A DNA stretch of 64,000 nucleotides, taken from NCBI RefSeq assembly GCF_026210795.1, contig NC_089430.1, forward strand, positions 3,968,001 through 4,032,000, in the 5' to 3' direction. How positions within the stretch are numbered: position 1 is the stretch's first letter; every line of letters starts with the position of its first letter. Source of the DNA: Rhizophagus irregularis. Lineage: Eukaryota. Below, in pieces: positions 53,501 to 64,000 of this stretch. A program made the position numbers and the translations under genes. The notes below the pieces were generated by a model. It did no database searches. It saw nothing but the letters and a program-made list of their open reading frames with translations, and was not told the DNA's origin.

Positions 53501-55980
53501 ATCAATTGTCGAAGCCTCTGTTTTCAGTACTTCGAAGAAAAGCTGGTCTTGCTACGACTACTCCGTTGCCCCTGTTATTTCTCAAACTTCCCTTTTCGAT
53601 TCAAAATGCTTTCTATCGCTTTCTTTCTTCCCATATTGCATCTTGGCAAAAAATTTTCACTCATCCTGATTTCAAAGATTTTGCCCTTTATGCTATCTCC
53701 TATTTTCAAGGATATCTGGGTGCTGAAAGTTGCCCGACTACTATTAACTTAGAACCATGGTCACAGATCGTTTCTTTGAGAACGCACACTTTGTTTAATT
53801 CGTTATTGTTTTCTTCGCGTTTGAACATCACGTGGTCTCTTTCCTTCCGGCCTCCGAGGCATGATCTACAACCTGCTCTGCCACTCCGATCTATTCTACC
53901 TCATTCCATTTTTCAATCGAGTTGGAAACTTTGGAAAAACTTGAATATATTTGTGCTTGCTCAGTTGGTTTCTCCTTGTGGACGTTATCTTATGAATTGG
54001 CCTGACCTTCGTTATCTTGGCATCGTTGGTCGTAAAGGACGGATCCCTAATTGGTTTACTTTTATCAATAATAATTTTCTCTCTTCTTCTTCTTCTACTT
54101 TACTTTTATCTTCATATTTTATTAACTCTTCTTTTACTTTAGCTTCTCCTTGTTTATTAGATCATACTGTTAAAGATTATTCTTTTTATCCTCAATGGGC
54201 TATTAATCTTGACTCTGCTACTCAAACTTTATCTGTTGGTCGTGTGTGTATCACTTACAAGAAACAAAACTCGGCTATTATGTCTCATTGGCTTCCTGTA
54301 TCTACCTCGGCTGATGAACGATCCTATGACCCTTGTCCCAGTTGTGCTCTTAACATTCCCGTCTTATCCATGAAATCTGCCATCAGACAACACTGTAATA
54401 GCGAGAAATGCTTTTTTAATGTAACTCTATTGGATACAGTGGGCTATCCTACCAGAAACGCCAAAGTTTTCGCGGCTTACCTCCCCATTACTCTATCTAC
54501 TTCATGGAGTTATGCGACTTCCTTGGCTCTTGTTCATTTTTCAAACGCGTCTCCCGCTCTTTCTCCTCTCTTTAAGGATAGAATCGATAGAATTGATGAC
54601 ACTATCTTACCACTTTCTGTGCAATCTTTGTACACAGATGGTTCGTTCCATCCTGCCAATGATTCTTCGCCTTCTTCCATGACTTCTGCTTGGATTGCTC
54701 TTGATGATGTTGGACTTGTTCTGGAATCTTCTTCCATACATCTCCCTTCTTACTTTCCTTCCGCTTTGCGTTCCGAAATTTCTGCTGTTCTATTAGGATT
54801 GAACGCCCTTTTCCGTGATTCATCAATCTCTATTCATACTGATTGTAGTCAGTTAATTTCGCTATGGACACGGTTTGTTGATGCTCCTTTCTCACCGAAG
54901 TTGCTCCGAGAACCTAATCATCTTCTTTGGCTTTCTATTCGACAACTTATCATGGATCGTAATCTTAATGTCGAATTGATTAAAGTCCCTGCTCATGGCG
55001 ATGATATCTACAATATACAAGCGGATTCTTTGGCAAAAGATGCTCATTCGTCTTTACAACCCACTACTCTACTTTCAACATTTTGTTATGCTCCATGCTT
55101 GTTGACTTTTAACTCCTTGCCTATTGACGTGAATATTCGACATTTTCTCCGCTCTATTGCAGATGCTCGTGCTCTTTTATCTTTTTGTTCACTAGCGCGT
55201 TTTACTGCTCTTGGTTCTCCTTCACTTTTTGATTGGGCTGGTATATATTTTTGCCTTTCACAAATTAAAGGTTTCGCTTCACATAGGAATGGTCATCCTG
55301 AATTTTGGGTCTTCCGCATTAAACTTCTTTTGGATATGTTGCCTACCTTAGCTACTCTTCAACAACGCAAACTTTACTTATATTCTCCTGACTGGCTCTG
55401 TCCGCAGTGTAATTCTGCTCCTGAAGATTTGAATCATCTTTGGACTTGTCCTTATATTTTACCGGATTTAAATCCCTGTTTAACACACCGGTCTGAAGTC
55501 ATTAAATTTAGAGATTCTTGTTTATCTTCTTTCCTATCCTTGAAATCTTTGGATATTTCCTTTCATACCGAATTCTTTGCTTTGGATTGTTGGAACTATG
55601 ATGCTCCTTCTTCATCCTGTCTTTGGCTTACTCGAGGATTGTTGCCTGCGCATTTAACGGCATTTTTGAATCAACACTTTCCTCTCTCTGTTATATATAA
55701 GATTATTTCTCCCCTTCTTAATGACTTCCAAGTCGAATTATATGGTGAAATTTGGCTGTGTCGGAATGTTCTTTTCCATGCTTGGGAGGAGTCGCAGGGT
55801 ATCTCGGCTGCTTCCAAATTACGTGGCCCATCTACTAATTCTTTCCCTAATACTACTTCTCCACAACAACACAACTCTTCTTTGGCGTCAGTTTCTCAGG
55901 ATTCCTGGATTTCTTGGATATCCTCTTCTATAATTCGGGTGGATCTTGGATCTCGCACTTGGATTTTCTGCGCCGCTTAA
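50596..55980 (+). pseudogene. LINE ORF2: AP-endonuclease, reverse transcriptase, RNase H and C-terminal Zn knuckle, with frameshifts
   Basis: NVNG/GDFN/RLDYIW/TDH (APE); RPITLLE, DISKAFD, QAEIISP, FMDD, FLGV (RT); YTDGS, RSE, HTDC, KVPAH, QADSLAK (RNase H); CPQCNSAPEDLNHLWTC. Confidence 0.93.
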
Positions 55981-56281
55981 CAGTTCAACCTCTTAGGATT
56001 TCTTTCTGGTAACGGACTGGATTTTTGGATGTTGGATAGTTGACTCACACTGGCCTTCGGGTAAAGTTGGGGTATGCGATTCTGTAATAGTTCAGTTTTT
56101 CTTTGCTTTAAATTTTTTTAGTTTAGATTTCTTTACTTGTATGAGTCGTGAAGCTACTCTTTTTATTTTTTATTAGTTTATTTTCTTATTTTTGTAATAT
56201 TGTTCGATTACTTTTCGAAGTCTAAAGTATAAATAAAAGATAAAGTCATAAGACTGTTTGCACAGGAAAAGGATAAAAATA

Positions 56282-57255
56282 GGGTTGGTCACCCTATCTC
56301 GGTGGTTAGTCACTGAGACCCTCATTAAGCCTGAGTATGGTGAGGTCGCAGGTTCGATTCCCATGACCACGGAAATAAAAAGAATTTTACTGCGGACGCT
56401 ACAACCAATAGCGTGAAGGTACGGGGATTAGTGTAGTTGGACTGCATCATGGTGAATTAGTGTGTACGGTTAGGCCGCACATTTCAACTAAGGGTCATGG
56501 TGTCCTTCTAACGTTTCCTATGAGGCCATTGGTATGTGCGCAGTCCTGTCCTTGAGGTCACTACTATACCTTGGGGACTTCCTGTTCAGGTGGTCACTCC
56601 ACGATACCACTTGGGGTCAGTAATGGCTAGATGGTCGTCCTAGATGGTAAAGCTGAGGGTGCAATGTCTTAGTGGTAGTTTGACCTTCTGTTAGGTCTTA
56701 GACCAACCAAGGTGTTCGTGCACAGAACAGGTAGCATGGTTATGGGGTTTGATTCCGGATCTTATGGCCCTTGGTGGATCCTGGTGGTTGATACCCACCA
56801 TAAGGGGTGATGCCTGGGACAGAAGCCTGCTACTTCTGTCCGAGTGGTCACTACAAAGTATACCACTTGGGGTAAACAACTGTACTATCGGTGCTAGGTA
56901 ATCGCGGGCTGTAGTGGCTTTGAGTGAGGCTTAGTACCTAAAATGGTGGTATGGAAGGGTGCTTAGATGGTTGATGTTACCTGTCGAAAGTCCTCCATGA
57001 AAGTAGATGCTCTCTAAAGGTCATTAAATAAATTGAGTATCAGTATCATGCAATGGGTATAGGATGAGTAGGCGGCGTGTGGCCTAGCTTCAGATCAGCC
57101 TATAATGGCCCGATGGGGGATGTCTTCTATAGTGGTGCTGTTACCTGAGGAATTAAGTACTCGGTATAATGGTTGCCCATTGAAGATGATAGGACACAGA
57201 CCCAAGATTAGTCTCATAAGAGGCAATGGGTGGTCTGGCCGTAAACATTAGCAAA
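56282..57255 (+). mobile_element. tRNA-headed SINE-like retroposon, copy 2 (974 bp)
   Basis: A-box-like tatctcggtgg (56295-56305) and B-box ggttcgattcc (56351-56361). Perfect 17-bp TSD ggaaaaggataaaaata (56265-56281, 57256-57272). Homologous to 5058-6767. Confidence 0.88.
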
Positions 57256-58873
57256 GGAAAAGGATAAAAATAACACCATTCGATTCGTCTCAGTGAGACG
57301 ATTCTAACAAGCTATGATACATCTTTGTACGATTATTAGATGCCAAGTTATTTAATATATTCTTTATATAACTGTGATTATAAACGGTTCTTTTTAATAT
57401 AAGATTTTTGAGGATAGGTGTGATAGTGACTATAGATAGATTGTGACTATATAGATAGATTTTAATAATAAAGTGTTTTGAACATTCAACTGGTGTGACT
57501 ATATAGTAGAATGTGACTATAACAGGAAGTAACTATAAAGGGAGTTGACTGTACCAAAAAAAAAAAAATATCTTATTAAACTCTCGTACAATTAAAAAAA
57601 ACATACTCAAATTCTGGGATCTCATGTAAGTATATTAAGTATATTCTCTCATATAATTAAAAATAAGATTTTATCATCCAGTTTACATTTTAAAAATCAA
57701 ATAAAAAGTGTTAATATATAGAAAAAAATATTTATATAGGAATAGTTCTAAAATTTTAATTTTGCATGCGAGGTTTTTTTAAGGTTTTTTTTTTAAATAA
57801 ATTAATAATATTTTTTTTTTAATCTCATACTTTTGTAGATTGTATAATAAAGAATGGTCAATATTTCTTTTTTATTTAAATGTGGAATTGCTTAGTATAT
57901 TATAGCAGGATACAATATATAGTAACGGTAAGTTGTGTAATTTAGTTTGTCACAAATGGGTATAATTATACTAATGTATAAATTCATTTTATCCTTTATA
58001 AGATATAGCATTCAAATTTTTAGAATGAAGATTAAATTTTTAAAAAGAATTGTTAATTAATAATTAAAAATTTTTTATTTATTGTATTGATTTCAAAAAC
58101 AGATATATTCGCGAAAAATTGGAGATTGTATTTATAAGGAGGATCAATGAACAAGATCAAATTAGATAGGGAATAATATAAACACTAGCGGCCTGTACAA
58201 AACTTTTATGACTCAGCAAACATAATGGAAAAGGCACAATACAACATTTTCGTGAGAGAGAGAGAGAGAAAGAGAGATTTAAATGAAGAGATATGAAGCA
58301 CATATGCACGGGATGCTAGTATTGAAACTATTGTTGTAAAGTTTATTATCAATTGTAATTTTTCGTTAACCCTCAAAAATTTAGCTTTTTTGTATAAACG
58401 GGTTCTTTATTTTTATAGGACTAGAGATATTGTTGGAAATACTAGAAATGGCACATTGTTGGTGACATAGAAGTAGCTAAAGTTGAATGCTGGTAAAGTA
58501 GTAAAATGTTTTATCAAAGCATTTTGATTCTCTTATAATATAATAATAATAATAATGTGCAAATCAAATTTTCACTAATAATTATATTATTGTCTCGTCT
58601 TACTCATAAATAGATTTTGTATTTTTTACATTAAAAGAAGGTTATTAAAATTGAATAATTTTATGAACCAATTTATAATAATTATTATTTTATAAATTTC
58701 TTATAGAAGTAATTAATATTTTAGTTGAAGCCCAATTCATAGAAAATTTTTTTTAAAAAAAATAATTTTACTGCCAGAACAATATTAACTTTTAATACTA
58801 GATGTGTAAATTCTTTCAGAAAATATATGTAAAAGCAATAATAAAAAAAATTGACAATTTTCTACATATAAAT

Positions 58874-59587
58874 TTAAATTTGACATTGATCTAAAAAAAA
58901 ATGAAATTGAGCAGAACCTGCTTCAAATTTATGATTTTCTTTATCTTTACCACCTGTTACTTTCCACTTAACGGTCATTTCTCCATTGACTAATATTTTT
59001 TTGTTTATAACTATTATTTTCAAACTCTTCAGATACATATAAATGGCAAAACTCAGTTGGCCTTTTATATAATTATGTTCCCCCCAGTTTTTATCATTTA
59101 GTAACCTCCCTATTTTATCAAATGCTCCTTCTCCTTTAAAACTACAAAAATAAGATGATCTACAAGGAGAATAATGCGTAATATATTTTTTAAAAAGACC
59201 AACAAATGCATCTTCACTGCAATGTATTGAGAATGTTTGCTCTCCTACTGCAGTATGATGGTTATTGAGCCGTTTCTGCAATTCTTTAACTATAATCCTT
59301 TTGAGATGTAAAAGTTCTGATTTTGAAACTGAACAAATATGCTGTGGAGGCATGTTATATGCTATGTGTTTTAATGTCTCATGTCTTTGCAGTTCTACTT
59401 GACTTTTGAAACCTTTAGTACACCTTTTGCAAATAGAGCAGTAGAACCTGGCTGGATTTTTGAACGAGTGTCTAAATAAAGAAATTATTAGAAAAAAATA
59501 ACAAAAAACAAAAAAAAAATAACTAAAGAATAAAAAAAAGTCAAATATATTATCAATAAAAGCTATTTGTATAATACATACATTCAT
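58874..59587 (-). CDS. hypothetical C2H2-zinc-finger-like protein, possibly degenerate; true start probably in an upstream exon
   Basis: CSICKRCTKGFKSQVELQRHETLKH. The ORF N-terminus reads like intron sequence. Confidence 0.45.
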   Translation of the reverse strand: MNVCIIQIAFIDNIFDFFLFFSYFFFVFCYFFLIISLFRHSFKNPARFYCSICKRCTKGFKSQVELQRHETLKHIAYNMPPQHICSVSKSELLHLKRIIVKELQKRLNNHHTAVGEQTFSIHCSEDAFVGLFKKYITHYSPCRSSYFCSFKGEGAFDKIGRLLNDKNWGEHNYIKGQLSFAIYMYLKSLKIIVINKKILVNGEMTVKWKVTGGKDKENHKFEAGSAQFHFFLDQCQI

Positions 59588-59815
59588 ACCTTTAGTTAGA
59601 TGGATTGGTAATTATGATAGATAGGTTGGCCGCTACCCTTAAATGAACTTATTTTTATTTTGACGTGAAAATTGATTAAAAATATATATATATTTTTTTT
59701 GATCTACATATCACCTAGTACAAGATCTTTGCGTAGCTTGTCAATCTTATATTACACAAAATAACAATAAAGCATTTATGTTATAAAATTGTAATGAACC
59801 AAATCCGCCCATATG

Positions 59816-59950
59816 ATAAGTTTTGTCAGGGTTTGCTTTTTTCAAAGTTTCACCAACTTTTTAACAAGACTTTCATATAGTTTTGGCAAAGTTTTGCTAT
59901 TTCAGCATTTCACCAACTTGCCAAAACCCCTAGTTTCTTTAGCAACCTTA
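59816..59950. mobile_element. diverged partial copy of MITE family A (right end)
   Basis: caaagtttcaccaacttttta...atatagttttggca...cttgccaaaacccctag...agcaacctta matches the right half of 62175-62418. Confidence 0.6.
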
Positions 59951-60316
59951 CATATGACTAGTACAGATAACTCTTCTTATAACGAATTTTAATATAACGA
60001 ATTTTACAATATAACAGATCTTCAGTGTGGTACAGATTTTAAAATATGAAAAAAATCTCATTATATCAAATTTTACTAATTAAATGCCATATACTATTTA
60101 ATAAAGTAAAATTTATAAATCATATATAAAAAATACCTCTTTTAATAACAAATTTTCTTTTATAACAAATTTTTTTTCAATATAATGAAATATTTTGTGT
60201 AATTTGCAGTTTTGCATTACAAAATACAATTATCATACAACAATATATTTTAATATACCAAAATTTTTCATTATATTAACAAATATTTCTATAATAAAAG
60301 TCTGATCAATCTGAAC

Positions 60317-62171
60317 TAGTGTTTCGCAAATGATTTGGTCAAATCGAATCAATTCAGATTTGATTCGTAATTTGATTCAATTCGATTCAAAAATTTTGAT
60401 TTGCAAATCGAATTCGAATTTCAAATCCAGATTTGAGCTTCAAATCCAAATTAAAAATATAAGATTTGATTTGATTTCAAATCAAATTTAAATCAGCCTA
60501 AACTAATTTGATCAAATCCAATCCAAATCAAATCCAAATCAAATCCAAATTAAATCCAAATCAAATCCAAATCAAATCCAAATCAAATCCAAATCGATTT
60601 GATTTGACTGAATCAAATAAATTTGACTTCAAATGATCAGATTTGGTCAGATGACTCAGATCAAATCACAATAAAATTAGATCATCTAGTGATCTACATC
60701 ACTATTCACTACATATGATAAATTGATAATCTCTTTTTTTTCGCTTTCATTTTACCATTTTGCCACTTTGAATTTTTCCAAAATTAGACTTAAAATTAAA
60801 ATTAATTAATTTACCAAAATTTTACTAATTAAATGATATTTTTAAAGATATGGATTTAGAGGATATGAATATTGATGAAGACATTGAAGTTGATAATGAT
60901 GCGTCTAATAAATCAATAATTTCGGAAGAAAGAGAAGGTGTTAGTAAAGCAAGTGACGTATGGAAGTATTTTACGAAGGATGTAAGCTATAAACAAAATA
61001 AAAAGGCGAAGTGTAATTTATGTGGAGTTACTTATATATGTACTGGAGGCAGTACATCGAATTTGAATAAACATATAAAAAACAAACATTCTGGCTCTGA
61101 AAAATTACAAGAAATGTCTATTAAAGATATTCTTAAGGCTGTGCCAAAGGTAAATATATAGAATTATAATTTATTTAAGTAATTGTTATTAAGTATTAAC
61201 AAATCTATATTATTTATTAGTGGAGATACAATAATAATGAAATGTTAAAGTGTCTTATTAAGTGGATCATTATTAATCAGCACTCATTTACAGTAGTTAA
61301 AGAATCAGCTTTTGCAAATCTTATATATACACTCCAACCCGATGCTAGACTAATCTCAGCTGATACTGTCAAAAAAAGAATTATGGATTTATATGAAAAT
61401 AATGTAAACAAAGTTAAAGAATCTTTTAAGAATATTAGAGAAAAGATCTCTTTTACCATTGATATTTGGACGTCTCCCTCTTCAAAATTATTTTTATCAT
61501 TAACTGCTCATTATATTGATAATGATTAGAAATTGAGAAATGTACTGGTTGATTTTATATAAATCTTTGTTAATTTTTTTTTTTTATTAATTTTTTTGCT
61601 TTAACCTTCAATTTAAATATTTAATTCATTTAATTTTGATTAATTTAAGGTAAACATACGGGAGAGAATATTAAAAATACATTTATGACTGGAATAAGTA
61701 AACTATCATTACAAAATAAGGTAAATTTCGGTTTGTTTTATTAAAATTATATTGTTGTAATTTATTAATTTAATAATATTATTTACAGATAATGGGAATT
61801 ACGACTGACAATGCAGCCAATAATCTAACATTTATTGATGCATTAGCAAAAAATAATAGTTTTTTTCAAAAGGAAAACCATTTTAGGTGTTTTGCTCACG
61901 TCATTAATTTATGTGTTCAAGATATTTTAAAAGAATTAGATGATAGATTTTTAAGTCAGGTAAGATAATTGTATTTATTTATCAATAAAATTGTATGATT
62001 TTATTAAACAAATATTTTATTTCATAATATATAGCTTCGAACACTTTTAGGTAAAATCCACTATTCTCCACAACGTCAAGAAAAATTGAGTTCCAACTGT
62101 AAACTACATGAAATCATTAATTTAAAAGTTGTTTTAAACGTGTCAACTCGTTGGAATTCTACATTTGATAT
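60317..62171 (+). mobile_element. hAT transposon left arm with intron-containing BED-zinc-finger transposase pseudogene (CDS from 60850), truncated by insertion
   Basis: TAGTG.. terminus and aaatc/gattt subterminal repeats. SDVWKYF..KCNLCG..GSTSNLNKHIKNKH, SFTIDIWTS, GITTDNAAN, RCFAHVINL, STRWNSTFD. In-frame stop at 61527-61529. Confidence 0.85.
60513..60596 (+). repeat. (aaatccaaatc)n tandem repeat in the hAT subterminal region
   Basis: About seven 11-bp units seen directly. Confidence 0.85.
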
Positions 62172-62174
62172 CAC

Positions 62175-62418
62175 TAAGGTTGCTTGTCTAAACCTCTTCA
62201 AAATCTTACGATTAGTTTCGTCAAAATTTTACTATAGATTTATTATAGTTTCAGCAGAGTTTCAGCAGTTTCGGCATTTATAATAAGTTTCGGCAGTTTC
62301 GCCTTTCTCCAAAGTTTCACCAGTTTTTTAATATAACTTTAATATAGTTTCAGCAGAATTTCGCTTTTTGGCGAAACGCCATCTTGCCTAAACCCCTAGG
62401 TTTCGGCAAGCAACCTTA
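62175..62418. mobile_element. hAT-type MITE, family A copy 2
   Basis: TIR taaggttgcttg / caagcaacctta. Perfect 8-bp TSD gatatcac (62167-62174, 62419-62426). Confidence 0.92.
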
Positions 62419-63139
62419 GATATCACTGGTCAAAATAGTCCATTTCGTCCAAATTTCAAATTGACGAATATTGGACGAAAGTTGGTCTAATTTTGGCTGA
62501 TCATTACCAAAAAAATCGTCAAAATTAAAATGCACGATTTGCACAGTTCGCCTGCCACTTGGCAATTACAATTCGGCAAAAATTCATTAAAAAATCGGAA
62601 ATAACTATTCGTCAACTTTTACTAGACATTCGTCCAAATTTCAAATTGCCGAATGTTGGACAAAATTGAGTCTAATTTTGTCTAATTATTAACGATTTTT
62701 ATGTATTTAGCTTATTTTTAATTTTGTAATAGCAATCAATTAATTATATTTTACTATTTCGCTTTATTAAAAATTACATATTAAAAAGTATTATATTAAA
62801 TTTCTAATATCTACAGTATCTGTCTATTTACACCTACCATCTACCATCCACCATTTACCATTTACTATCGTCAACCATTGTCAACCATTATTAACTATCG
62901 TCCACATCCATTGTCCACTACCCATCATTCACCATCCATCGTTCACCATCATCCACCATCATCCACCATTATCTACTCATCCAAAATTATCTACAACTCA
63001 CTCAGCTATCTGACAAAAGTCCGAAAGAGAAACCTAATAAAAAAAATAAAGAAATGGTTAGTAAACCGATTCTTTAATAAAAAAAAATTTAAGTTTCAAA
63101 ATATTTTGCAACTTACCCAACCAAAAATCTGAAGTGGAA

Positions 63140-63790
63140 ACTTACCCATATATCCAAAGCCCAACCAAAAGTCAAAACCTACAAAATAGAAAAAAAATTA
63201 AAATAAAATTTAAAAAAAATCCTTTTTAAAATAAGTTTTGAAGTTTCACTTCAAAACTTACCCATATATCCAAAGCCCAAGAACTGAAAGTTGAAACCTA
63301 CAAAATAGAAAAATAATCAAAAATAAAATTAAAAAATATTTTTTTTTAAATTAAGTTTCAAAGTTTCTTCGAAACATACCCACATATCCAAAGCCCAAGA
63401 ACCGAAAGTCGAAACCTACAAAAAAGAAAAAAGAAACAATTAAAAAATATTTTTTTTTAAAAGTTTCGATTCTTTCATTCCGATCAAAATTTACATATAA
63501 TATATTCAACGTCCAATAACCAAAATCCTAAACCTACAAAATAAAAGAAAAAAAAATTAAAAAAATAATTTTATTTAAAAAAAGTTTTGAAGTTTTTACT
63601 CCGAAACTCACCCGTATATTCAACACCCAAGAACCGAAGGCTAAACCTACAAAATAGAAGAAAAAAAAATTTTAAAAAATATTTTTTAAAAAAAAGTTTT
63701 GAAGTTTTACTTCAAAACCTACCTATATATCCAACGTCTAAGAACTGAAAGAAACCTACAAAATAGAAAAAAGATACAATTAAAAAAAAA
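63140..63790 (-). repeat. ~115-120-bp tandem repeat; each unit has splice acceptor, 33-39-nt segment and splice donor
   Basis: Six units, e.g. minus strand ctattttgtag|gtttcaactttcagttcttgggctttggatatatgg|gtaagt. Confidence 0.8.
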
Positions 63791-64000
63791 TTTTGTTTAA
63801 AAAGTATAAAGATTCGTACTTACAAATCTTGGGTATTCTGTTCTTTGGAATCCCACCCGAGACACCTGAGACCTAAAAAAAAAATAGAAAAAGAACGGTT
63901 AGAAACTGTTCATAATATTAAAAATAAAAAATAAAAAATTAAGATTTATAGTTACTTACGAATCTTGATTTTTCATTGTTCTTCGGAACTCGAAAGCCTA

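Larger units (their letters stand above)
45962..56264 (+). mobile_element. non-LTR retrotransposon (LINE; ORF1 plus APE-RT-RNaseH-Zn ORF2), apparently full length, disrupted
   Basis: Two ORFs with the domains listed below. Bounded by ggaaaaggataaaaa(ta) at 45938-45961 (A-run expanded) and 56265-56281. Confidence 0.9.
45273..57551. mobile_element. non-autonomous Tc1/mariner-pogo-like TIR element (~1 kb when empty) hosting the LINE and SINE insertions
   Basis: TIR cagtcaactctctttatagtcac / gtaactataaagggagttgactg (21/23). TA TSD on both sides. Subterminal gtgactata repeats. Confidence 0.85.
62172..64000. mobile_element. probable left end of a CACTA/CMC-like element (CACTG terminus) running off the window
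   Basis: With the MITE removed, transposase sequence stops at ...tttgatat and is followed by CACTGGTCAAAA. ~50-bp subterminal direct repeat ttcgtccaaatttcaaattg.cgaat.ttggac at ~62444 and ~62630. Confidence 0.45.

Noticed and set aside
56240..56264. Shared 3' tail between the LINE and SINE copy 2 (tcataaga; ...gcaca versus ...gcaaa)
   Set aside because: The similarity is too short to distinguish from chance by eye.
56290..56370. tRNA gene (also 6680-6760 on the minus strand)
   Set aside because: A/B boxes are present but I could not build a proper acceptor stem or cloverleaf. The region is the head of a TSD-flanked ~1 kb repeat.
58180..58321. Second Helitron 3' end (atgcacgggatgctagt)
   Set aside because: The hairpin is incomplete and no 5' end could be defined.
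62820..63132. His/Pro/Ser-rich 84-aa ORF
   Set aside because: Arises from ccat/ccac low-complexity repeats and has a non-ATG start.

Overview
AT-rich, intron-rich eukaryotic DNA. Gene content, short introns and the transposon repertoire point to a fungus, most plausibly an arbuscular mycorrhizal (Glomeromycotina, Rhizophagus-like) species; this is inference. Layout: (1) 0.9-3.3 kb, an atypical eIF4E gene with an RS/SP-rich N-terminal extension. (2) 4-12.5 kb, a repeat tract with MITEs, a Helitron relic and a tRNA-headed retroposon. (3) 13-43.6 kb, a dense housekeeping block: unknown membrane protein, BTB protein, VAMP7-like SNARE, UBL3/MUB-like, PIH1-domain, NAA15, ATG7, PRS, CDF Zn transporter, threonine aldolase, glycogen branching enzyme, RPF1, heme-thiolate peroxidase, DUF336 and glutaredoxin-like proteins. 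(4) 43.9-64 kb, nested transposons. Most notable: a ~1 kb non-coding, Pol III/tRNA-headed SINE-like element present in two diverged copies, each with a 17-bp TSD. One copy sits directly behind an APE-RT-RNaseH LINE, and the same target (GGAAAAGGATAAAAATA) appears three times. This suggests two different retroelements inserted at the same nucleotide beside a repeated hairpin motif inside a pogo-like DNA element. A tandem array of intron/micro-exon units lies at the right end. Exon boundaries were read by eye, and multi-exon CDS coordinates are gene spans.
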